This document shows positions 10,651-21,138 of a stretch of DNA of 64,000 nucleotides, one piece after another. The number at the start of each line of letters is the position of its first letter. The first letter of the stretch is position 1. Source of the DNA: an uncultured Phycisphaerales bacterium (lineage in GTDB: Bacteria > Planctomycetota > Phycisphaerae > Sedimentisphaerales > Anaerobacaceae); contig CAVYYI010000002.1 of NCBI GenBank assembly GCA_963772725.1, forward strand, positions 384,001-448,000, read 5' to 3'. The translations under genes and the position numbers were made by a program. The notes below the pieces were generated by a model. It was not told the origin of the DNA. It searched no databases and saw only the letters and a list, made by a program, of their open reading frames with translations.

Positions 10651-12137
10651 GTCGTCCCTGAAAAATAATTTAACTTTTTTGTATATAAAGGCTTGCAATT
10701 TAAAAATCTGGCGCTAAATTGCAGGGAAATGATATTTATTATTAATTTCCTTGCAAAACATGGAGGTTTTTATGCAGCCTAAACAGCAAAGCAATTCCCA
10801 GTCAATGTTATTCACCTCGAAGCTGGAGCAGATACTAAACGAGCAGCATCCTTTATATAAACTGGCAAATATCATCATCTGGTCAGAGTTTGATGCCGCC
10901 TTCGGTAAACTCTATGATCCGGGCTTCGGCAGACCAGCCAAACCCACCCGCCTTATGGCAGGACTTCATTATCTCAAAAGCGCATATAATCTCAGCGATG
11001 AGTCTGTAGTTGAGAGATGGATAGAGAATCCTTACTGGCAGTATTTTTGCGGAGAGCAATATTTTCAGCATGAATTTCCGATTGACCCAACCAGTATGAC
11101 CAAATGGCGTAACCGGATTAAGGACGCTGGTATGGAAAAGCTGCTTGAGCAGACCATAAGCGCAGGCCTTAAAACCGGCACAGTTAAACCGCATCAGTTA
11201 AAAAAGATAGTAGTCGATACAACGGTGCAGGAAAAGGCGACAGCCTTTCCGACCGATGCACGCCTTTATCATAAGATGAGAATAAAGCTTGTCAAAAAGG
11301 CACAGGATAATGACATAGAACTTCGGCAGAGTTATCAGAGGGTAGCCAAAAGGGCTTTTGTTATGCAGCACAGATTTTCACACGCCAGGCAGTTCAAAAA
11401 AGCGGATAAGCAATTAAGGAAACTAAAGACCTGTCTGGGAAGAGTTACAAGGGATATAGAGCGTAAGATATTGCAGAAGCCTCAATTGCAGCAGGAGTTT
11501 TCAGAATTGCTCGATATGTCCAGGATGTTATTATCACAGAAACGGGACAGCAGTAACAAGCTATACAGTATTCACGCGCCGGAGGTTAACTGCATAAGCA
11601 AGGGCAAGGCACACAAGAAGTATGAGTTTGGCTGTAAGGTGGCACTGGCGTCTCCCGCTCAAAACGCCTTTGTAGTCGCAGCGGTTGCTTTTGAAGGGAA
11701 TCCATATGATGGACATACGTTAAAAGATACACTCTCCCAGACGATGAAACTGCTGGATAAAAAAGGTTTTGAAGATGTTTATGTTGATGATGGGTACAAA
11801 GGTCATGGCTGTGGAGATATTGCGGAGGTTCATATCGTCAAAAGGGGCTGGCGAAAGCTGCCGAGAAGTATCCGAAAGTGGTACAGCAGGCGAAGTATGA
11901 TTGAGCCTGTGATAGGACATTGTAAATCTGATAACGGTCTGGACAGAAACTACCTCAAGGGCGTCGAAGGCGATAAGGTTAATGCGATATTGAGTGCTTG
12001 CGGGTTTAATATCCGCAAGTTGCTGCGGAAAATTATTTTTTGGCTTTGCCGGTTTATTCAAAATTTGGGGCTGTCGGCAGAATTTGCCCAGCTTACATAT
12101 GCCGCCTGAAACTGAAATCTACTTTTTCAGGGACGAC
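10651..12137 (+). mobile_element. IS5-family insertion sequence
   Basis: Terminal IRs GTCGTCCCTGAAAAA / TTTTTCAGGGACGAC, TA flanks. Confidence 0.92.
10772..12109 (+). CDS. IS5-family transposase
   Basis: NPYWQYFCGE, VDTTVQEK, KYEFGCK, IEPVIGH; GGAGG RBS. Confidence 0.93.
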   Translation: MQPKQQSNSQSMLFTSKLEQILNEQHPLYKLANIIIWSEFDAAFGKLYDPGFGRPAKPTRLMAGLHYLKSAYNLSDESVVERWIENPYWQYFCGEQYFQHEFPIDPTSMTKWRNRIKDAGMEKLLEQTISAGLKTGTVKPHQLKKIVVDTTVQEKATAFPTDARLYHKMRIKLVKKAQDNDIELRQSYQRVAKRAFVMQHRFSHARQFKKADKQLRKLKTCLGRVTRDIERKILQKPQLQQEFSELLDMSRMLLSQKRDSSNKLYSIHAPEVNCISKGKAHKKYEFGCKVALASPAQNAFVVAAVAFEGNPYDGHTLKDTLSQTMKLLDKKGFEDVYVDDGYKGHGCGDIAEVHIVKRGWRKLPRSIRKWYSRRSMIEPVIGHCKSDNGLDRNYLKGVEGDKVNAILSACGFNIRKLLRKIIFWLCRFIQNLGLSAEFAQLTYAA

Positions 12138-12267
12138 TAATTACTGGCTGTTTAGTTATCAAACACTTGCAATTCTTGTTTTTAGCTCAAAAAATGGCTC
12201 CATGTTCGACAAAGTGTTGTACGTAGCCTTGAAGACTTCAAATCTGAAAATTGCAGTACCAGATGCA

Positions 12268-12879
12268 CTATGGGAGCATGACGCCAGACTGCTGGAAAAG
12301 TTTTTTCATTTCATGCTTAACAGTAGTTGGGTATTTTTTTAGGTATTTCTGAAGCATTTTTAAATCCAGGCGGTTTAGATTTCGAAATGTTACAATATTA
12401 GATGGGCAAACACCACGCTTTCGGCACAAATAAACGAAATCAGCCATGGCCTGTTCCGGTGAAACAATCGCATTTTCCTGCGGATATGAATAGATCGAAC
12501 CGGCGACACATACAAAGACTATCCGCCCCAAAACTGTAACCCGTACTCTTGATCGATTATGCCTATGATTCGTAAAACACGATATTTCTGTCGGCACCTG
12601 AGTAATTAACTGATGCCGGTAAAGAGCATACATTCCAGTAACATATGCCGCTGGATCGATAGAGGACACAAGATATTCAATCCTGACCGACTCTGTCAGG
12701 CCATATCGGCCTTTGGTATAACGCTGTATGATCCCGCGTTTTACTAATCGCGAAAGTGACACTTTGAGAGATTTTGTGTCCTGCGAAGAAATGTTAGACA
12801 ATTCGGTTACCGTAAAAACAACTTTACCATATCTGTCTCGCTGCTCCTGCAGAATTTTCTGCCAATCAATTGTTTTCAT
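12268..12879 (-). CDS. AbiEi-like antitoxin / winged-helix regulator
   Basis: LSRLVKRGIIQRYTKGRY wHTH, AYVTGMYAL..HQLITQVP, SPEQAMAD. Confidence 0.75.
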   Translation of the reverse strand: MKTIDWQKILQEQRDRYGKVVFTVTELSNISSQDTKSLKVSLSRLVKRGIIQRYTKGRYGLTESVRIEYLVSSIDPAAYVTGMYALYRHQLITQVPTEISCFTNHRHNRSRVRVTVLGRIVFVCVAGSIYSYPQENAIVSPEQAMADFVYLCRKRGVCPSNIVTFRNLNRLDLKMLQKYLKKYPTTVKHEMKKLFQQSGVMLP

Positions 12880-13664
12880 TGGTCTTCTCCAGGCTGATAT
12901 ATCGATTCAATATGTTCATGACTGCATCGAGAACCATTTTTCCGCCGCCGGCATCATTAAGTTGAGCGGCTGCTTCGGCATCAAGTTGTGTATCAATCAC
13001 TTCCTGTATAGCCTTGGCATGGTAATCCGAATTTTTCCGGAGGTCGCGTATTTTTTTTTCAAGGTCATTATTATTAATCCTTAACGCCTGCAGCTTTGAT
13101 TTCAGCCTTTCAGCTGCATCGGAATGAAAGCGATCCTGAAAAAGAAATACATCTAAAATATCGCGATGCATCAATGTTATTCTGCCAAAAATTGCAATAA
13201 CTTTACTTTCAATCATGTCTGCTTCTGAAGCTGTCGCATATATCGTTCCCCCTACAGTACGAACTTCAATTTGATCCGCGCATTTAATGCACGTCACTTC
13301 AACAGGTATTTCTATTTGGCTGTATGGCACACCATCTTTCCAGAAAGAGAGGTCAACAACTCGCACAACCGGAGAATCGGTATCCGGACCACTATGTGCG
13401 ACTGACATTTCCAGAATAGCCAAGAAGTCTAGATACTTCTAAAAGTAAACCGCTTCTGAACGAATCTATAAGTTTTCTTTGTTTTTCCTCAAGGTCTCCA
13501 TCCCAGTGATAATCAATATCGTTTGAGATGCGAACGCTGGCGTCCAGAAAGCGATACCTGAATCCACCGATGAGGGCCAGATTGCGTCCCACAGGATGCG
13601 TTGCTACATGCCTGGCAATGATCTTTTGGATGGCTTCTACTTCTTTCCGTTTATCAGGTATCAT
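12866..13664 (-). CDS. AbiEii-like nucleotidyltransferase toxin (apparent frameshift near 13400)
   Basis: LIGG...RISNDIDY NTase motif in 13392..13664; ESKVIA...RDILD in 12866..13423. Confidence 0.7.
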
Positions 13665-13890
13665 TGGTTATTCCTTAAAACACTTTACAACATAAAAGGT
13701 ATATTACAATATTGCGTAACAAATGTCAACATTTTTGTTAATATTTATTACCAGGAAGATTATCGCCAGAATACTAAACTCCATAGGGTTTCAAGTAACC
13801 GGTCGAAATTGATAGCAGGTGAAACAGTATTGGCAGTCTGCCTTAAAGAAAGTTTCAACGCTACTCCAAGAAACATTAAGACTTGAAAAC

Positions 13891-14407
13891 AAAAGGAATC
13901 ACATGAGCCATTTGCACCAAAATTTGCACCAAGCATGCACTTTTTGCCCTCGGTACGCTCTCGGCTGCATCTCGGCCAGCTTCATAAGTTATTATTTGAC
14001 AATCATTAATCGTTTTGCTATAAATACTTACGTAACGCCTGTTCGGGTTTCTAAAACTTCATTAAATCCTCATTATTTTGTAAATAACGCAGATTTCAGC
14101 ACTTAGCAAGTGGTAAATATCGTATGTAGTGGTAGATATTGTATCTTTTGGTTGTAGAACGGTTGTAGGATTTTGCCGAGTGACGCACATCATATCCTTC
14201 AAAAAACATGTCCCATACGGCATTTTTATGAGCAACGGATTTTCAGTCCGAAACTCATGTTTGTAAGTGTTTGTGAATAAATGGTTTATACTTGTAAAAT
14301 AAAGACTTATGATGCTGACCGAAGCACAACCGAAGCGTAACAGTAGCCTAAACGTGCAGGTCTGTTGCAAATTCTGTTGCAAATCGACGGCTCGGATTAA
14401 TCCTTTT
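13891..14407. repeat. Diverged inverted duplication of about 170 bp, att-arm-like
   Basis: 13891..~14060 aligns with the reverse complement of ~14230..14407 (AAAAGGA..GAGCC..TTTGCA(C/A)CA x2..CATAAGT..ACTTAC). Confidence 0.75.
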
Positions 14408-14417
14408 TAAAGAATAA

Positions 14418-14469
14418 TAGCCCGACAGGACTCGAACCTACGACCTCCTGCGTGTCGAAAAGGCGCTCC
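14418..14469 (-). pseudogene. 3' part of a tRNA-Val(GAC)-like gene, probable att-site remnant
   Basis: GACAC-GCAGG-AGGTC-GTAGG-TTCGAGT-CCTGT-CGGGCTA; 5' acceptor strand and intact D-arm absent. Confidence 0.7.
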
Positions 14470-14529
14470 AATTTTAACGCCTTGTCAACTATAGACTTAA
14501 GTGGGCTATTTTAGCGTATAATCAGACTG

Positions 14530-14584
14530 CATACTGGAAACGCACTGGAAACATACTGGCGACACACTGGGAACCCACTAAAGA
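14530..14584 (+). repeat. Five tandem 11-bp repeats (CnnACTGGAAA-like)
   Basis: catactggaaa cgcactggaaa catactggcga cacactgggaa cccactaaaga. Confidence 0.8.
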
Positions 14585-14925
14585 TTTACGCTATATTTAC
14601 GCTCAAAACCGGTTGTGTGTAAAACTGGTTGTAAAGGGCGGCAAAATGTGGCCATAGGTTTCGGCCTTTTAAAAGGGGTTCGTTGCTTCCTGGCCGTTGT
14701 CGACAGTATTTTGGGTGGTTTTGCAGGAGAGGGAAGGGTGGCAAAGCAGTCGAGGCTTTAAGAACAGCTATTTCTGAAGCGTAAGTCAATAATTGCTGAT
14801 AGATTAATTCTTGGATGACTTTTTACATGGTACGGGTTTTCAGCTTTCGGTTCGATTGTTCAGGCGAAGTTACCTGCTGATTTTGCCTGCCAAACTCTAT
14901 AAAATTGTCAAAGAACTTAACAAAT

Positions 14926-15204
14926 TCACCGCTTTAATCCGCGGATGGAATATTTGGTAGGGACACAGGTGCTTTTTGGCGGATACCGATCCGGCATATC
15001 CGCCCATTGGGCTCCGGTTCGCAAAATCCAGAGAATTCCATTGAGAACATCTCTTGGATTTTGTGGTGGTCTGCCTGATTTTCCTGGCTGTGCTTTGGGC
15101 TTCGGAATGAACTGGGCAATCCGTTGCCATTGTTCGTTTGTAATGTCCATAGACCATATATCGGCATCACATTAACCCAATATTTGAGGTTTTGGGATAG
15201 GTTC
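14926..15204 (-). mobile_element. Truncated IS5-family remnant
   Basis: ITNEQW...GRP...[15 protein letters not shown]-terminus; end GAACCTATCCCAAAA resembles the IR at 41294. Confidence 0.8.
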
Positions 15205-15275
15205 TAGTAATTTTCCAACAAACAAAAAATATCACTCAACATTGATTTGTATTCTATACGTTCTCAAAAGTGTAG

Positions 15276-15890
15276 CTATTTAATAACTTTGGAGGACTTT
15301 TGTAATATTTTGTCGACTAATCCGTAGTCAACTGCTTCTTTTGCCTCAAACCAAAAATTACGATCACAATCTTTTTCTATTTTCTCGACACTTTGCCTAG
15401 TATGTTTTGCCAAAATGTTGTATATTCTATCACGCAATCGCAATATCTCTCTGGACTCAATATCCAGGTCTGTAGCGGATCCCTTCATCGCCTCTAATAA
15501 CAATGGTTGGTGTAAAAGCACTCTAGCGTTCGGCAAAATAAATCTTTTATTGGTTTTCCCGCCAGCTAACAGGATAGCCGCCATACTTGCTGATTGACCG
15601 ATGCAATAAGTTACAACATCACAATGCAGAAATTGCATCGCATCATAAATTGCGAGTCCTGCAGAAATCGAACCACCAGGAGAATTTATATAAAAATGAA
15701 TGTCATTCTTGCCATTCTCATTGCTCAAAAACAGCATCTGAGCGATAATCAGATTTGATGTTTTATCATTAACCTGCCCATCTAGAAAAACTATTCTGTC
15801 TTTCAGCAATCTTGAATAAATATCATATGCATGCTCAATTCGACCGGTTTTTTCAATTACTATGGGGACTAAGTTTTCATTAGTTACCAT
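15276..15890 (-). CDS. clpP: ATP-dependent Clp protease proteolytic subunit
   Basis: YDIYSRLLKDRI, YINSPGG, GQSASMA (Ser), LHQP (His), DRN (Asp). Confidence 0.93.
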   Translation of the reverse strand: MVTNENLVPIVIEKTGRIEHAYDIYSRLLKDRIVFLDGQVNDKTSNLIIAQMLFLSNENGKNDIHFYINSPGGSISAGLAIYDAMQFLHCDVVTYCIGQSASMAAILLAGGKTNKRFILPNARVLLHQPLLLEAMKGSATDLDIESREILRLRDRIYNILAKHTRQSVEKIEKDCDRNFWFEAKEAVDYGLVDKILQKSSKVIK

Positions 15891-16053
15891 GTTTATTTTT
15901 CCTCATTTGTTAGTAGTGGTGGCGGTATTCCCTTATAACTGTTGTTCACTTGATCAGCGACAATTATTCTTACCTTCCGGCGACAGTTAAAAGTTCCGGA
16001 TGAATTAAAGTTGGAATATGCTATCTGAAACTCATTAAGTCAGGAGATTTCAG

Positions 16054-17542
16054 ATGGTTAAAGACAAACAGGTAAGGAGATTGTTCGCTATGAAAAACAA
16101 ATGCAAGACCTTATATCAGCTTGCAGACAAGGCTGGTATAAGCACTAAAACCGCCCGCAAGTATTTAAAAACGGGCGTGCTGCCCAGCCAATGCCAAGCT
16201 ATCCACGACTGGCCCACCCATCCGGATGCCTTTGCAGGGGATTGGCCATGGGTTGAAGAATTCCTCAAAAACAACTCCGGTCTTGAATCTAAATCGCTTT
16301 TTGAGGCTCTGCAGCGTGAATATCCCGGTAAATACCAGGACAGCGAATTAAGAACCTTCCAGAGACGAGTAAAACAATGGAAAGCCTTGTCCGGTCCGGC
16401 TCAGGAAGTGTTTTTTCCACAAATCTATAAACCCGGCCAATGGTGCGAATCAGACTTTACCAGGATGAATAAGCTGGGTATCACCATTTGCGGCATACCT
16501 TTTATTCACATGCTGTACCATTTTGTATTGTGTTTGTCGAACTGGGAAACCGTCACGGTATGTTTTTCAGAAAGCTATGAAAGTTTAAGTGCCGGTATTC
16601 AAAATGCCCTCTGGAAGTTAGGCGGCATACCACGCTATCATAGGACTGATAATTTAACCTGTGCGGTTAACAAGGTAGGCAATCCTGAGGAATTCACGGC
16701 TAACTATCAGGGTCTTGCGAATCATTATGGTTTCCAAAGCTGTAAAATCCAGCCTCACTGTCCGAATGAAAACGGCGATATAGAGCAGCGTCATCACAGG
16801 TTAAAGAGAGCTGTTGAACAGGCGTTAATCCTTAGAGGAAGCAGAGATTTTAACAGCAGGAAAGATTATGAAATGTTTCTTGAAAAGCTGCTCGAACCAA
16901 CTCAATACCGGCCGCACAAAACTCTTGGCCGAAGAGTTAAAGGTTCTGCGGCAATTGCCAACCCGCAGGCATGAAGATTTCACCAGGGATAAATGCAGGG
17001 TAAGTCGTGGCTGCACGGTCCGAGTTCTTAAGAACAGCTATTCTGTTCACAGCAGGCTTAGGGGAGAAAATGTTGACGTTCGAATATATGCCGAACATAT
17101 CGAAGTCTGGTATGCTCAAAGAAGAATTGAAGTATTGCCCAGATTACACGGTGAAAACGGTCATTACATCAATTACCGCCACGTTATAGATACCCTTGTT
17201 CGCAAACCCGGGGCGTTTGAGAACTATTGCTATAAAGATGATATGTTTCCCACAAGTCAGTTCAGGATCGCATATGATCTCCTGCGTGATCAACATGGGA
17301 TGAAGCAGGGTAATAAGCAGTATCTGAAAATTCTTGAATTAGCTGCCAACGAAAGCCAGACATCTGTCAATGAAGCTTTGCGGTTCCTGATCAACCATGC
17401 AGATGCGATTGATTTTGATATGGTAGAACAAATAGTCAAATCCGAACAACAGCCGCCGGATGTCACTGACGTTTGTGTTGGCGATATTGATCTGAACAGT
17501 TATGACTGTCTACTTGAATCGGCGGAGGCACTACTGGTATGA
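16054..17542 (+). CDS. istA: IS21 transposase IstA (+1 insertion near 16894)
   Basis: Same protein as intact 43167..44654 but split into two ORFs. Confidence 0.88.
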
Positions 17543-18304
17543 GTAAAAATGATCTGGATAATCAGCTTGTAAACCTTCTCAAAGAACTTCACCTGCCGAT
17601 GTTCCGTGAATATTACGCCGAGTTCGCTCAGAAGGCTATCGCCGAAGATATGGGTTATTCACAATATCTATTGGAATTGGCTCAGCGTGAGTGTGATGTT
17701 CGCAGAGCCAATAAAATCGCAAGGCTGGTAAAAGCCTCAAAGCTTCCTATGGAAAAGACCATGGCAAACTTTGATTTTAAACGTATGCCGTTGAAGATAC
17801 GTCAGCAGGTCAAAATTCTTTTGGAAGGTTCATTTGTTGACAGAACAGAGAATATTCTTGCATTTGGCAAACCCGGCAGCGGTAAGACACATTTACTGTG
17901 TGGTATCTGTCATGAACTTGCCCGGCAGGGAAAAAAGGTTTACTTTACTACGTGTGATATGATGTTGCAGGAGTTATTACGAGCCAAGCAGGAGTTGAAG
18001 CTGGACAAATGGCTCAAGAAGCTGTCACAGTACGAGGCATTGATGATAGATGACTTCGGCTATGTCAAACAGAACCGCGAGGAGATGGAGGTGCTGTTTA
18101 CCTTATTAGCTCATTGTTATGAACGTGGCAGCGTGTTGATTACCAGCAATCTGCCGTTCAGTAAATGGGAAGTCATCTTTAAGGATCCGATGACCACTGC
18201 CAGCAGCGATCGACCGGCTGGTACATCATAGTGTGATCCTTGAATTGAATGTACCGAGCTACCGAGCTGAGGAAGCTCAGAGACGGAAAAATAAGGACAC
18301 GTAA
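17539..18304 (+). CDS. istB: IS21 helper ATPase IstB (+1 insertion near 18200)
   Basis: GKPGSGKTHL, IDDFGY; compare 44651..45415. Confidence 0.88.
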
Positions 18305-18712
18305 TGTCCGAAATTTTGCCCCCCATGGGGGGCACCTCCTAAAGGCTATAAGCTAAGGTAAGTGTTATGAAGTAACGGTAAAAATAACTGTCGTTGAAGG
18401 GAAATTATAATTGACGCCGGACAGTCTTCTTCGCCCTCTTAACACTCATATGTTTTCGTCCTAAATAATCATCAGTTTGAGTAAATCAAGCTCATATCCA
18501 AATATTTTATGAACCATTTTTACTTCATTGCTATTTAACAAGATATTGCTGAATGCTTATTCCCAATTTTCAGCTATTAGCCTTTAGTTACAAAGAATCA
18601 CTTCCACATCAAACTTTACCCCACCGATTTCTTTGATACCGTTTAGGTCATAAAAATTGTTTTTATCACGAGTTTTATTTTGAGGGTCAAAAATAAAACA
18701 GAAAAGCTTTTT

Positions 18713-20240
18713 GACTCTGTAGCATCTTTACCGGCAACATACCATTCCAGTCCTCTCATTATGAAGCATTGTTATAGTTTGTAAACGGCCTTGGGACTGC
18801 TCGTCACGCTGCATATCAATGGCCACACGCTGGCTAATATGGTCTTGAGTTCGCACTCTATAGACACTCTTTTGCATCTTTCGATGACGACGATAACCTC
18901 GTTCAACCGCGTTGGATGTCGATGGCAGTTGTGAATCATCGAGAAAGGTCAACGCCTTTTCAATATTCGGCGTAAATAGTTTCTTAAGAGTTTGACCCAA
19001 CGTTTTGAATCGTCGAACATGGCGGCGCAAGACAGCCAACCTTTCCAAGGCTGTTTCCGTGCGGCAACGGCGATCAAAGAGTCTGTAGACCTGATCCATG
19101 ATCGAACGTAAATTTTTCAGATTGTGGCATTTTCGCGTTATACGTGAGAATATCTTCTTGTCTGCCTTACTGAGCGAATGCTGCACAAACAAGTGTCGAT
19201 GCTCAAACAAATCGGCAATCTCATCGGTCTGTTTTTTCTTTCGAGATGCCGCTTTTCTCGCGGTCGAGGACGATGGACGGCCGCGTTGCAGCTTGGGCAG
19301 CTTCTTTTTGAGTTCTCGTCGCACCCGCGTAACAGCTTTGAGTATTTCTCTATTGATCTCCTTGAGAACATGAAATTCACATACCTGGTGGGCAACACCG
19401 GGGAATATCAGAGCCAGCGGCTCCGGGTATAACGGCGAGCCATCGGTCGTAACACCAAGCAGTGTCAGACCTCTTTGATCCAGTTCCGTACGGAACCGAC
19501 GAAAGAAGTTTATCATATCTTCATGGGTGGGATTATGGTCAAGAACATCGTAAATGAGCCGTTTGAACGTGCGGTTATCCACGATGGACAATACACAGAA
19601 CGGCCCATCATATAATTCATCCGCCGCGATATAACCGGAGAAATCAGTCAGAACACCATCAAGGTATTCAGCAGTAATTCGTTTCTCAGCTTTTTCCCCC
19701 CGTCGCTTCAACCCAGTTTTGAATTGTAGCCCAGGGGACGAAAACCCGATGATCTCGCCATAAGTGCCAGGATGCCGGCCGATATGGCAGGCCGTCTTCC
19801 ACAACCAATCGCACTGCCAGGTGAACAACCCGGCGGGTATAGTGGCAGCCGGGATCCGCAAGGTCGCACAGGTCGGCATTGAAGTACTTCTTGCATTTTG
19901 AACAGCAGTGCTGTGAATAACTGACCCAAAGGTCGATTGGACGGTTGCCAGCCAAGTCTCCGAGGTCATGCAGTTTTCGTCTGAATATTTTGTCCCGATA
20001 GGATGGGTGGCCGCAATAGGGGCACGGACGCTTTTTGTATGTGCGTGAAAGTCGTTTGATTTTAGCTTTGGGTAAATCTTTAACACACGTAATACCTTCC
20101 GTTACATCCGATACATATTCACCTGGCCCAGCCATAATCGTGTCTCCTGAAAAATTCAGTTTATTTCTGTTCTTCCAGGAGTTTTATCGGCTAAGACACC
20201 AAGATTTCCTTAAATATACCGGTATTTATGCTACAGTCAC
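18713..20240 (-). mobile_element. Insertion sequence with 8-bp target duplication (ISL3-like or unclassified)
   Basis: Imperfect IRs GACTCTGTAGCAT / ATGCTACAGTCAC; AGCTTTTT at 18705..18712 and 20241..20248. Confidence 0.85.
18728..20135 (-). CDS. Transposase with N-terminal Zn finger, two ORFs joined by a probable -1 frameshift
   Basis: CPYC...CSKC in 19686..20135; ADELYDG, TTDGS, HQVCEFH, TSNAVE downstream; GGGGGGAAAAAG at the junction (~19690-19701). Confidence 0.8.
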
Positions 20241-21138
20241 AGCTTTTTTAACCATTTGCATTGATAATAAGACTGAATGTCAATTTTAAGGTCGTCAATA
20301 AATGTGCGTTCATTTGCATCTGAAACCTTGATCATTTTAACCTCTATCAGTATGCCTTCTTCTCTTATTATCAAATCTATTTTAGAGGAACTTACCCCAA
20401 CTCTTGCAATGGGATCTTCTTCTTTTAAGGTCGGGAAAATAGGTTTGTATGTAACATAAAGAATATCTTGCACATCATATTCATCGTTAATATTAAAAAC
20501 CTCATGGTTTTTACGCCTATTCATAGTTATTTTTTTTACCGAATTTCCAAATTCAGTAAGAGCGCACCTAACAAGCGTTGCGGCATCTTTGTTCAGATAC
20601 TTAGTTCTTAGTAATGAATATTCCAAGTCTTCCAAAATAATTAAGTCTATGACATCATCTACTCGGTTTATGAATTGTTTTATGCTCTCCGTTATATCAG
20701 TGTCATGTTCAGGATTTAAGATCTTATACAACACCTCTTGAATGTAATCAGAACGGAGGGAAATGCTATTCGCCAATTGTTTTGTCATGCTCGGCTCTAT
20801 TAATGTAATAAAATATTGCGTTTTATTTGAACTGGCATCAAATTTTGTGTCAAGTTTATCCTTGAAGAATTCTTTTTTTGCCAAATATAGCCCGCATAAT
20901 TTATATACACTGTCATCAACACCACCAACTCCTTTTATGGTTGGCGATCTTAACAGCATTTCCGCAACATTATCATCTATCACCTGTCCTTTATAGCCAG
21001 CTAACGCATACTGCTCTTGAGGTGACAATTGAAATTGCTTATCTGCAAGTACAGCTTTATCCCTAAGATAATAGTAAGCAACCGCTTGGATGTTTTCATC
21101 AGAAAGCAATTTGCTTCGCTTTTGCTTTAATATTTCGG

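Larger units (their letters stand above)
15951..18423 (+). mobile_element. IS21-family element, copy 1
   Basis: TG..CA ends (TGATCAGCGACAATTAT / ATAATTGACGCCGGACA); matches copy 2 apart from two 1-bp insertions seen. Confidence 0.93.

Noticed and set aside
13819..14382. Two homologous small ORFs as protein genes
   Set aside because: Their similarity is explained by the inverted DNA duplication; no recognisable domain
14418..14469. Functional tRNA gene
   Set aside because: No 5' acceptor strand, and the anticodon stem does not pair
14530..14584. CRISPR array
   Set aside because: 11-bp units with no spacers, and no cas genes in the window
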